64,000 nt of DNA, taken from assembly GCA_973895155.1 (NCBI GenBank), contig OZ316898.1, positions 20,285,292 through 20,349,291 on the forward strand, in the 5' to 3' direction. The notes below the pieces were generated by a model, which was not told the origin of the DNA, ran no database searches, and worked only from the letters and a program-made list of their open reading frames with translations. The DNA comes from Marsupella aquatica (lineage: Eukaryota > Plantae > Marchantiophyta). The position numbers and the translations under genes were made by a program. Shown here in pieces: positions 13,583 to 25,432 of this stretch. Position 1 is the stretch's first letter, and each line of letters begins with the position of its first letter.

Positions 13583-14631
13583 ACTTCGAGTGAGGAACTC
13601 GTGTGCCAGCTACGTTTGCTCATCAGTCCCGCCATCGCCCCCCGACCTTGCGGCTGGAATTTCGACATGATTACAGTGCTAAATTTCCCGACTGCGAAGG
13701 TGTGATCGGTGCCAACAACCGAGAATCTCTCTCTTGTTCACATATTCCACATGAACAAAAAAACAGGGAATCAATCACCTTAAGAGTCCATTTTGGTATC
13801 GACCCAAAATTATTTCCTATAGCCCAATGCCCTTGGGTTCTTTGTACACTATTGTATTGTACATCATCGTAGATTGTAAGCGGTCTTGAGCCAAAATGTT
13901 GTAGAGCATAAATGAGGACAGAGGATCTGATACTATGGGGAGTTGGCGTTAGATATGGCAGGGAATCATAGAGTTAGTGTTGTCGAGGAGCATCAATGAG
14001 ATGGCTAGATAATCGGACACTATTGGGAGTCAGCCACTATGATAACTGGATGTCAAGGAGTGTGCAAACTGTTGAGGTATCGATGGGTTGGGAAGAGAAG
14101 GTGCACAGTGGCACCTTCAGTCCTATCTCATGTTCACAAATGTTACCATTATCAAGAAACAAATATCACCATTATCCAGAGGCCAGGGATTCCTGGGCCA
14201 AGAGTCATATATACTTAAATAGACCTTGTGTAAGAAAGACAGTGGGATTTGTATATTTGTGGTGTTTGTAAATAAACGTATGAACTTCTACTGTACACTC
14301 TTATTTTTGTACCAAGTTGTATTTATGGCACTGAAATCTCACCTAGAGAGTTATCTGGTATTGGCTAAACCCATGCACCCACCAATACTCCCCCACCACC
14401 CAGTAAGACAGGGGGGCTTGAAGTGAGACCCTGGCTTGAGCTTGACCATCTAGGCCCCACTAGCCATCACCTCCTGGCTCTTTTCATATGCTGGAAGTGC
14501 ATAAAAAGGTATGCACATGCTGATACTATACAAATATCTATAGTATCTTTCAAGCGTTCCAACACTCCAAGCTTTGTGAGCAATATGGGGGTAGATAATA
14601 ATTTTGCCATCCTTCTAAATCTATAAGGACA

Positions 14632-14948
14632 TCTAACACTATAACAGGCAATCCCGCCCATTTGGCCACTTTCGTCCGTCGTCCCGTTACAAATTTGAAT
14701 ATCAACGGGAATGAAACTGAACCGTCAGATTAAAGCATATCTTTTTTCATATCCATCTGATCGTGAAATGAGACATGCATCAGATTTTGCTCCCTTCTGT
14801 GCACCCCGGTGCACTCATTATGCCCCTCCATCCCCACCCCAGCAAGGACCTCCGCATAGGGCTTCGCGACCCACGTTTACATTCCATGCACTTTCTCCCT
14901 ATGGGACCGGCCCTCCTTGCACAGTGCAACGCACTGGCATAGGGCTCG
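14632..14948 (+). mobile_element. Non-autonomous Helitron, copy 2
   Basis: A|TCTAACACTATAA 5' end. Perfect hairpin CAGTGC-AAC-GCACTG (14922-14936), then GCATAGGGCTCG|T. Both termini are homologous to 7430-7674. Confidence 0.8.
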
Positions 14949-15789
14949 TAGAAAGTATAATTACATAATTATCACATTCACGTCTTCATTGTCTTCTATT
15001 TCTTCCCTGTTTGCCTTCTGTAAGCAGCTTTATTGGTTGGATCCCTCCATATTGTTTCATTCTGGCGTTTTATGCCTTCTCTGAAAAACTGTTAGCTTAA
15101 CAATAATTACTGTAGGTGCAGTATATGGCCTAAAACTAGAACTGTGCAACAAAACAGACTTTACTAGATTCATGTGCCTATTTCTGAATTTTTTAGTAAT
15201 CTCTACCCCGTCCCTATTCCTTCACAGAAGAGACAACTTTAATTGGTAAACTACTTAGATTACTTTGTCTTATTGGGATTTATGATATGTATTTTGGTTT
15301 CAATTTTTCTTAGACAAGGTCCATATTTTGTATTATTGGCCTTTGGAATGATTTATTCCCAGTCTTAAGGTTTATAATTTTCTTTCAAATTCCTCTTTAG
15401 GCCTATATTTATTTATTTATGTTGCCCATCTTTTTTTACAATATGTTATTTTCACAGTATTTTATGTTTCATACGCAAGGGACACCTAAGGCCCAAGCTA
15501 TCCCTTCCAAGAATGTGAGGAAAAAACACTTGAACATAATGCCAACCCCTCCCTTACTCACAGTTTTGTTTCCTAAGTTTATGGTTTTGAGTGACTTACT
15601 TGTAGCTAACTTTAACAGTACGAGAGAAACATGAAAGGCCCACCACTCTCTTGAAGGTAAACAGTTCTTTACAAAGAAAAATGACATGTGGGGAATAAAA
15701 TGGGGATCGAAGTTGGGCCAACACTTTGTAAGGCCATGACGGAGGAGGGGGCAGAGTTACCAAGTCACCCAAAACTACTCTACTTTATT

Positions 15790-17287
15790 TACGGACCCCC
15801 ATTAGGGGTCTCTTGCAAATTCTCTGCCATGAGGTTGCGCCACATCATTACAACTAGCCACAAACAGGAATGATCCCACTTTTAACAATAACAAACGTGC
15901 ACATTCCTGTTTGTGGCAAAAGCAACGTAATTTTTGGGGCGCCATGCCGTAAATAATAAACGTAAAAAAACCAAAATACAAAGGAAGAGATGTCATTTAG
16001 TAAAACAAAGTTACCATTTTGATGTTTGTCAAAGATATATCAGTGTTTTATATCAAAATGTTTGTATTTTTTAATTGTTTACAAGTTTGAAAAAATCAAT
16101 CGATAGAAATGTACATAATTAAAACCCATTTGGCTTCACATTGTACAACTAAATAATAAATCTCCTTAGTACTTGATAAAATTTTCCAATGAACATTTGA
16201 TTCATTGGAAAATTCAAGATCAGGATTTAGAAACTCGTGATCTCTCTTTAGTAATGTCTTGATAAAATCTCTCAATGTCACTCATTGGAAAGCTAGAGTA
16301 AAATTAAAAACTCATCATCTCCTTAGTACTTGACAAAATCTATCAATGTTAGGTTCATTGGAAAGCTAGAGAAATTTAGATACTCATGATCTCCCTATTT
16401 CTTGACAAATAATCTCAATGTCACACATTAGAAAGCTAAAAAGATTGAAAACCTCTTGATCTCTTGAGCACCCTGACAAAATCTGACATAAAATTTGTAA
16501 ATGTCAGACTCAATGTTAGAAAGCTAAAAAAATTCATGAACTCATAAGCAAAATTTCTTATACTAACACTCATTGGAAAGGCAAAGATATTCAAAAATTC
16601 ATATGGAACTTGACAAAATTTGTCAATTTGAGGTTCATTGAAAACCCTTTCTCGATTAAGAGATATCACAATCTCGTCACCGTCACAAACTTAGCTGCTA
16701 CAAATTGATTTCTTTGATTACGTCACCATCGCTTGTCCACAATGTTTGCTTTTCGGCTTGAATTGTTCGCATCTCTTAGATAGTCTTCAACTAAAGCTCA
16801 CTCTAAACACAGGTTGACGCCAAATGCAGCCTCTATGTCAAAGAAACAATTGTTGGTCTTCCTCTCACACCATAGCTTTCTTAAATAAAAATAACTACAA
16901 ATCCTTTGTTTGAAGTGACGGCTTGTTCGTTTTGTGTGAACATTCTTCCCACCAAATTGACAAGCGCTCTTTTGCCAACAGCTAAGTGTTGTGCTCTAGT
17001 CTGTCTTGTGGCGGTAATGCTCAATGTAACTCACAAACAATCAATCAATCAAGAATGGTTAAAAGATTATTTCTCCAATGTGTAAGCAAAACCTATAAGA
17101 AAACTCAATTCCTCCACATTCAACCTTCCGTTTGATTAATCTCTATCAAGATTGTGAGCATTTGTTTTTGTGCGAGCACACACCAATACCATTGGGAGAC
17201 TCAAAACCGTTGGTTATCGCCTTGATGAAAATTGATTTCACTTAATCACACAAACATTCCTTGGATGAACATGGTGGTCCACGGATT
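15790..17287 (-). mobile_element. Non-coding interspersed element, copy B, with internal ~60-bp degenerate tandem array (~16150-16645)
   Basis: Inverted homologue of copy A. Its two flanks are contiguous in the paralogous empty site near 21195-21290. Confidence 0.8.
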
Positions 17288-17661
17288 AATTTTACTTGAA
17301 GGTGGTCACAACATATTCAACCCAACTCTAAAAAGGAGTGATCAATTATTCATTCTTTTTAACATTAAAATATTTTCGAGCATGAAACAATACAAGACAA
17401 CCTACTTTGATTACTTGTTTTGGGGGATCCTCACACTTAAGTTAGCTCAAAGAAAATTGTTTTGCTGATTTATGTAGATTTGATAACTTTTTAATAGCAT
17501 TTGAGGTAGGGTGCTTAAAGTTGGAGCAACTTATATTATTCTGGCTTTATCTTGTTCGGGAGCCTACTCAGGTTGTATTATTGAGATTTTATATGTATTT
17601 TTATTTCAATTTGCGTACATCTTTTGTATGCTGGACTTTGAAAATTTCCCCCCAGGCTCTT

Positions 17662-20090
17662 TGTTGAGCATAGACGACAATCGTAATGGCAAGCCCATAA
17701 ACCATCCAACGCACAAGAGTCGACATAGAGAGATAAGTGGTTCACCTCCACATGAGGCTACGTCCACGGGAACACACATGAGCTTTACTACACTCTAGGC
17801 CGACCGGCCAGACCAAGCATCCACAGCACAAGCTCTCTCAGTCTATCTCTCAACTAGCTCCGTAACAATGAACCTGAGTTCCCACTCTCCAAGCACCGCT
17901 TGGTTATAGAGTGTGCACAGCATGACTAACCTAACCAAGTCTGCGACTAAGGTTAGCCTTAACTACGGTACAGTTGTAACTCTAGACCCAAGAGTAAATC
18001 CTAACAATCTCCCCCTTGACTCTGGTCTAGGGGAGGGTAAAGACTGCTACCAATATGATTGCTCAGCGGGAAGTTCTGGAAAGAAAAACCAAACTGGTTT
18101 TTCCCTCTTTATACGAGAGTAGACCAGAACTAAGTTATAGCCTATACAAGGAATGAGCAAGAGCATATCTCAGTATCTACACAAATGTTAAGTAACCCTA
18201 CTTGTGAGGCAATTGCAAAACTTGCAATGCATCACGGTGTCTAGAAAAACTCTCCAAAGGAATCACTTTGGTAAAAGTGTCAGTCGAGTGGAGTTTACTG
18301 TCAATCTTGACTAACTCAAACATATTATCAGATAGCCTGCCTGATAAAATTGTACCTGACGTCAATGTGCTTCACTATGCTGTCCATCACCTGGTTCACA
18401 GCAAGGTGGAGCGCACTTTGACTATCACAATGGAGCTTCATATTCCCCAGTGGCAATCCCATCTCAGTGATCGGTCTATCCAACCAAATCGCTTCCTTTG
18501 CTGCTTCCGCTGCTACAACATACTCTACTTCTGTAGTAGATTGAGCAATACACTTATGCAAAGTAGACCTCCAACTTATGCATCCACCGCCAAGTGTGAA
18601 CACATAACCTATTGTTGACCTCCTTTGATCCAGATCCTGTGCATAGTCAGCATCTACATAGCCCATCAATGATCTAGCATTATCAGCATGTGCATCAAAC
18701 AATAGACCATGATCCACGGTACCGTTCAAATATTGAATAATCCACTTCACTGCTTCCCAATGTACCTTCCCTGGATTCGACATGTACCTGCTCACCTTGC
18801 CTATAGCCATGGCAAGATCAGGTCTAGTGCAACTCATCAAATACATGAGACTCCCCACTACCTTGTCATAAGGAACCTTTGACATCAACCCCTTCTCTGT
18901 CTCATCCATAGGATAAAAAAAACTGATGACAACTTGAAGTGTGGAGCCAACGGGGTACTTACTGACTTGCTATCCCCCATGTTGAACCTTGCAATTACCT
19001 TCCTCGCATAACTGCTCTGCGTCAACCATAGCATACCAGCTCCAAGTCTCTAGTGATCTCCATACCCAAAATCCTCTTACCTGGCCCTAAGTCCTTCATT
19101 TTAAACTCTGCACTCAGCAGTGCCTTGAGCTTAACAATCTCAGACCTATCATTGGCCGCAATTAGCATGTCATCCACATAAAGTACTAAAATAATGAATC
19201 CAAAAACAACATTCTTCACCGGTTTAAGATACACACAAGGGTCAAACACACTCCTATGAAAGCCTTGTGCACAAATCCAACCATCAAATCGCTTATTCCA
19301 CTGTTTTGGTGACTTCTTCAACCCATACAAGGATCTCAACAATCTGCAAACTAAATCCTCTTGTCCTCTATTCACAAAACCTAGGGGTTGTCTCATGAAG
19401 ATCACCTCTTCCAAGGTGCCATAGAGGAAGTTGTTACAACATCCATCTAATCTAGTAGCAGACCAAACATAACAACAAGCATACACAATAGCCGTATTGT
19501 TGAGTACTTAGCAACTGGTGAGAAGACCTCATTGTAATCCACACCTTTTTTCTGTGTGAATCCTTTGGTTACCAACCTAGCCATGTAGACCTTCGATCCA
19601 CCTCCCATGGACTGATCCTTCAGCTTGTATATCCACTTGCTATCCACCACTTGCTGTCCTTTAGGCAGCTTGACAAACTCCCAAGTTTTGTTGTCCTTCA
19701 GTGATTGCATTTCCGTTTGCATTGCTGCAGTCCACTTATTGTCATCTATGCTCAACAATTGGTATCAGAGCAAGCCCATGAACCATCCAACGCACAAGAG
19801 TTGATACAAAGAGATACATGGTTCACATTCACATGAGGCTACATCCACAAGAACACACATGAGCTTTACTGCACTCTAGGCCGACCGGCCATACCAAGCA
19901 TCCACACTGCAAGCTCTCTCTATCTCTCAACTAGCTCCGTAACAATGAGCCTGAGTTCCCACTCTCCAAGCATACACCGCTTGGTTATAGAGTGTGCACA
20001 ACATGATTAACCTAGCCAAGTTTGCGACTAAGGTTAGCCTTAACTACGGTACAGTCATAACTCTAGACCTAAGAGTAAATCGGACTAACA
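17662..20090 (-). mobile_element. Internally deleted Ty1/Copia LTR retrotransposon (RT-RNaseH remnant only)
   Basis: TG...CA ends flanked by 5-bp TSD CTCTT (17657-17661, 20091-20095). LTRs at 17662-18006 and ~19770-20090 differ by about 25 substitutions plus 3 indels by eye. PPT complement CTCCCCCTTGA follows 18006. Frameshifted RT (LYGLK, LYVDDMLIA) and RNaseH (GYVDADYA, STTEVEY, HCDSQSA, KHIDVRY) at 18328-19758. Confidence 0.95.
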
Positions 20091-20667
20091 CTCTTAGTGT
20101 TTTTTTATTTTCCTTTTCTAGATCCTCGGACTCCTTAGGCCTACAATTATATTCTAATCTTGCCAATCTTGGGCCCGGGGTCCTCAGACATTTCCTTTCT
20201 ACCCATCATGCGAATGTCAATATAGGGTTTGTTTTATTGGGTTGAGAAGAATTTTTTTAAGGTGTTTAATAGCTAAAACATCGAGTGTGCATACGTGATA
20301 TAAGAGCCCCTTTAGAGTGAGCCCCCCGAGACCCTAGGGCCAACCTGGGGGCCAACCCTTTGTTAGTTTGTTAGAATATGTTCTTTAAATCATTATGCTA
20401 AGTTATATTAAATTAACATTTCATGCACTAAGTATACCCAAACCCCTAACTTATTTCTTCCCAAGAATATGAGGAAGCCAATGCGTGTGAGAAATAACAA
20501 CTTCAAACTAATGCCATCCCTCCCATCTTAGAAGCTACTACTACTCAGAGTGTTGTTTCCTACTAGTATATGGTTTTGAGGGACTTACCTGTCACTAATG
20601 TATTATAGTCCTTATGAGGGAAACATGAAAAGCCCAGACACAATTTAAATTTTTTCTTTATATAATT

Positions 20668-20954
20668 CTCGGGGGGTTAACTAAGTGTATATTTTGGGGT
20701 ACCATGTGCGATCCTAGCCTAATATAAATAGACCTATTTTATAAAGAAAAAATTCCAAGAATATTCTCTATTTTCAATATTAATAACCTATTTTACTTTA
20801 TAAAAGGTATATATTAGAGAATATTCTATAAACATGAGTTTATAATACCTTCTTTTGCCTCCTACGCTTTTTAAAAATTTAGTTAAGTTCTATCCAAAAT
20901 ACCTATTTTGGATCGCACGTGGTTCCTAAGATTTTTTATAGTCAACCCCCCGAG
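20668..20954. mobile_element. MITE with ~47-bp imperfect TIRs and 8-bp TSD
   Basis: CTCGGGGGGTTAACTA...CCATGTGCGATCC / GGATCGCACGTGG...TAGTCAACCCCCCGAG. TSD ATATAATT at 20660-20667 and 20955-20962. Confidence 0.88.
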
Positions 20955-21849
20955 ATATAATTTTTCAATGGGGAATGTGAAACCCAGAGAAAGAGAGCAA
21001 TCAGTCACAACATTTCAACACTAGACCTATGAGTCGTAACTCAAATGAGCTACCACACAGCCATGCCTCTTTGGGCTGGCCCACCATTTTCCTAAATCTA
21101 TTAGAAGCTAAATAGTTATATAATACTAAAAACATTACATGTGGAGATAACAGTGGGGTCAGCACTTTGGAAGGACATAAGAAGTGAGGAAAGGGCACAA
21201 GTCACCCAAAACTATTTCATTTATGCCGTAAGGTGGTTCATAAAATTCATGCCAACTCTGAAAAGGAAGGATTAATTATTCTTCTTAACAATAGAATCCT
21301 TTTGAGGGTAAAACCTTAGAAAACAAACTACTTTACTTCCTTTTTGGGGATCCCCATAACTTAAGTTAGATTGAAGTAAATTGTTTTGCTGATTGCTGAT
21401 TGCTGATTGTAGATTTTTTTCTTTTTAATAGCATTTGGGGAAGGTTGCTTAAAGCTGGAGCAACCTTATGGACTCTTAGTTTAGCTTAGTCATCATGCAA
21501 GTTTGCCCGTGGAGAGTGATGAGGAGCACATGCACTTCCATATTTTTCATACCTTTGTTTACAGCCACAGGGCTTCTATGGAGGTGTCGCACCAGTACAA
21601 TCTTTACACCTCAATTTAACCTCACTAGCTCCATGACCCGTTCTTTGAACCTAAATAGATGTGAAGAAAAACTGGCACAATAAAATTTATATGCTATTTT
21701 GGTTAGTCTTTGCCCCATGTTTTTTGTCCATCCTCATTTCACTTTTTCCTTTATTTAGAGTCAATCTCACTTTTGTCCATCCTCATTTAAAATATTGATC
21801 TTATTGAAACTCATTATCACTCTCATTATCAGTTTTGTCTGTAGTGGGA

Positions 21850-22420
21850 GTTATGGTGAGGCTTCACTCTAGACCTACGCACTTAAGATTATGCTTCAGT
21901 TGGCACTTTTATAGGAAGATGAGCCCTATTCCTGTGCATTGCATGGTGAAAGGACAGCCGGCCCATAGGGAATTGCCCTGGGGCATTTATGGGGCAGTGT
22001 GGGGAAGCACATATATGCCAGGGGTGTCCATTTCCTCCACAATGGTCGCGGAAAATAGCCAAACAAATCCAATGGCTTTGGATCATTTCCACCCACAAGT
22101 TTTTTTGTACCCAGGAGTTTTTTGTATTGGGAGGAAGGACCAAAAAATGCAGGACCCCTTATATAGTTGTAGATTTGCAGATAACTATGGCATATGTTCC
22201 AGTTCGTTTGTGAGAGCAAGATTCAATCTGTAGTAGCTCGGCTAAAAGACTGGAACTTCTTGAACTCGTTCTTGAATATTCATTTGGTGAAGTGGAGCGA
22301 TGATTCCGAGACTAGCTGGATTCCTACAATGGATGGTTGAGGATCTAGCTAGTCAAGGACTGCCAGAATGGACTAGACTGGGCATTTATAACTGCAGAGA
22401 TTTTCTTGACAAGAGGGAGA
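21850..22420 (+). mobile_element. Possible highly decayed LINE zf-RVT remnant
   Basis: Fragments such as HICQGCPFPPQW and VRARFN resemble the LINE C-terminal CCHC/WxxRN region. Many frame breaks. Confidence 0.3.
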
Positions 22421-22470
22421 CTGAAGGCAATTTACAATATTCTGTGAGGTCGTCGATCAGATGTTCAACA

Positions 22471-22612
22471 AACCTGGGAGCCCATCGAGAATGTTAGAGA
22501 TTAAAAGGTCATCAGATGGTCAAGGAATCTGGGAGCCCATCGAGAATGTTGGAGATTAAGAGGTCATAGATGGTCAAGGAACCTAGGAGCCCATCTAGAA
22601 TATTGGAGATGA
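22471..22612. repeat. 54-55 bp tandem repeat, ~2.6 copies
   Basis: AACCTGGGAGCCCATCGAGAATGTT-type units start at 22471, 22526 and 22580. Confidence 0.9.
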
Positions 22613-23669
22613 AGTTGAGGAGTTCAACAACTGTCTAAGAAAATACTAAATAGCCACGCACAATTTTAGTGAAAGACAGATCATCCAGTGGAGAAGAGAT
22701 GATAATACTAGCGGAAGGTTTCAAATCACGTGGTCCGGGTCAAGTTTCTCTTCAATCTGCATTAATTTCTCTGTTTCTACCGTTTCTATCTGGGGCCAGG
22801 TTGCTGAGCATACTTTGAAGAACCACTGTCTGTCGAACAGACAGATTGTTGTCCTCTGTATCTTCTGGCCCACATTTATTTATATCCTTTGTGCTCCTCT
22901 CCAATCTTACCCTTCCCCACTTGAATCTAGGAAAGTGTCCGGTTCAGAGTCTGAATGTTGACTTTGGTAAAAGCGATACTGCAAGGACAAATTAGAGGCT
23001 CCCAGGCTCCCATTCTAGTATAACTAACAGTGCCCCCAAAAAAATGCGCCAAAGAAGGAGACATAACAAACGTAGGAGACTCCAGGAGAGAAAGGGAAAA
23101 TCTCCAAGAAGACCAAAGAACCAAAAGGCCCTTAGGAAACTGAGAAGCCGGGTAAAGCTTAGAAATGATAAAGATAGGAGGGACCTGAAGAGTAATTTGT
23201 CCACTCAAGTCTACTCAGGCTAACCACGACGGAATTATTGTTGGATTAGAATGAAAAATATCTGGGTGGTGGAACCAGCCACCTGGACTCGGGTACCTAC
23301 TCGATTTGTCTCTCATGGAATGACAAGGCAGGCAAACTGAAGTGGTTGCACTCAAGTGGTTACCCATAGGCAAAGTCCAGTGACGATTTTCTGGGCCCAT
23401 CACTTTATCTTCAAAACCCCGCCACCATATTCCCAGACTATGGATAGACCTTTACAGCCCATGCCAGATCCCCATGATATTAGTGAAGTTGGCTAAAGGA
23501 AAGCTCCGTGACCTTAACTGCTTTCTAAATTGACCATGAAACGTGGTTTTGGCTGTTTGACAGCGCCTCGAATTGCTGAACAACGTCTCATCGCACTCGT
23601 GTAGACATTTGGTCTGCTTGCGACGGAGTTGGTCATGCAGACACCTGCACTTGAAACTGTGATGGTCTA

Positions 23670-24068
23670 GAGAATACGTCTATTCATGGAATCCTCACGG
23701 GAGTTTTTGAGTTCACCTGTGAAGCTTACAATGCGCATGCCATTAGAGAAATACGTCTATTCATCGGATCCTCCTGAGAGCTTTAGGTTGACCTGTGTGC
23801 AAAGGTTAGAGTACACAGTTCCATTAGATAACTACCTCTCTCGATTCTTGGAATTCCCCTTGGCAGTTTTGAGCTGATCTGTGTCAGAAGCTTACAATGC
23901 ACATTTCCAATTGAGAAGTACCTCTGCCAATTCATGGGATTTCACATATAGTTCAGGATGTCCGAAGCTTACAATGCGCATTTCCATTGTAACGGATAGC
24001 AGTCCAGATACATGTTTGTGTTTCTTTCTCTTCTGGATGTCCGAAGCTTACAATGAGCATTTCCATTG
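23670..24068. repeat. Degenerate ~80-bp tandem array
   Basis: GAAGCTTACAATG.GCAT(TT)CCATT recurs at ~23721, 23887, 23964 and 24043. Confidence 0.8.
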
Positions 24069-25432
24069 AATTGGGATGAAAAGCACTCCCGATCCATGTT
24101 TTGAGTTTATTTCTCTACTATGATTACTTTTAATTAACAATCTATTAGGGGGTGCCGGAGTCCTCAAGGTTAAGGACAGAAAAAGTTATGGGCTAAGATA
24201 TACTAAAATCCTAAAGATTAGTCATATGCTATGACCATAAGATTAAAACCTTGTACACAACCCTGTGAAAAAACTATGGCCAAAGGCCATTATCCGCACC
24301 TTTGAGGCTTTGAGATGCACTATTGTAAAGCACACAAAACATGAAAATATCCACATGGGAGTTTATCCTTACGTTTCTAACTGGAATTGTGCATGGCTTT
24401 TAATGCTTATGTTATGGCAAAACGATATGGGGGTTTTCAATCATCTAAGAACTGGAGAGACTTAGATATGAGTGCTCCAATGTCATGGAAGATGATGTCA
24501 GAACCACTTTCGATATTAGTGCTTCAATCTCAAGTAAGATAATGTCAAAACCAGTGACTTTAATCTTCATAGACCCATTTGCAAAGGTAGTAACTGTCAA
24601 AAGAGAACCTACCGCAAACTTCCTTGGTAACCACATAGACAGAAGGCGTATTCCAAAGTTTTCAGGATAAGCACCGAAGGATAAAAATAATGGGTTTACG
24701 GATGGATCGCAGATAAAGAAAAGTTTTGTAGAGATCATTTCATAACCTCTACGCTCTTTGGCAACTCTAGTCCAACCATGCGAGAGAGTCCAATCCTCAG
24801 CCTTGTGCATACTCATGAGAATAAACTCTCTCAACGATCGTTGGTGTCAGCTTAGGCTAAAACTAATCTATGGTGGTTTGATCCTGTGAGAGAAAATATT
24901 CGCTCCAAACCTGACCACCTTCGCTACATCTTTTTCGAGAGATCCAAAGATTCTTGGATTCTGTCTATGCCTGACTACCCAGTAGAAAGAGTACAAGGCC
25001 TTTTACTACAACTCAGGTCAGTATATACTGTACTTCCCTGTTTATAGTAAATGTCGTAGTTTACAATTGTCCTTCTACAATGTCAAATTTGACCCAAGAT
25101 CAAAAGTACTAAATCTCGATGTGATTGGATATCCTTATTCAATTCATAGAACTACTTGGAAGGAAAGGAAGAGGATATTTCAAATTCCTAAACAAATCTT
25201 AAGAAGAGGCTGGGCAGCTACAGTACTGTCCAATTGATGGATGTGTACTTGAACTTCTTTGGTATAAAACAGTCACATCTATGCTGAGTTTCATTGAAGC
25301 AGGCAACTACGCCCACAAACACCCAAGGTGTTTGAATGCATCTGGAAAGTGACATAATAGTCTATCTGCATAGACAAACCATATACTGGGGAAAGAGAGC
25401 CCCGATGAAGAGCACGAGATGAAACATTTTAC

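Noticed and set aside
4868-17287. HMA5 carried on a 12-kb composite transposon
   Set aside because: Both flanks of copy B belong to one host sequence that is contiguous at 21195-21290, so B inserted independently. No outer TSD was found.
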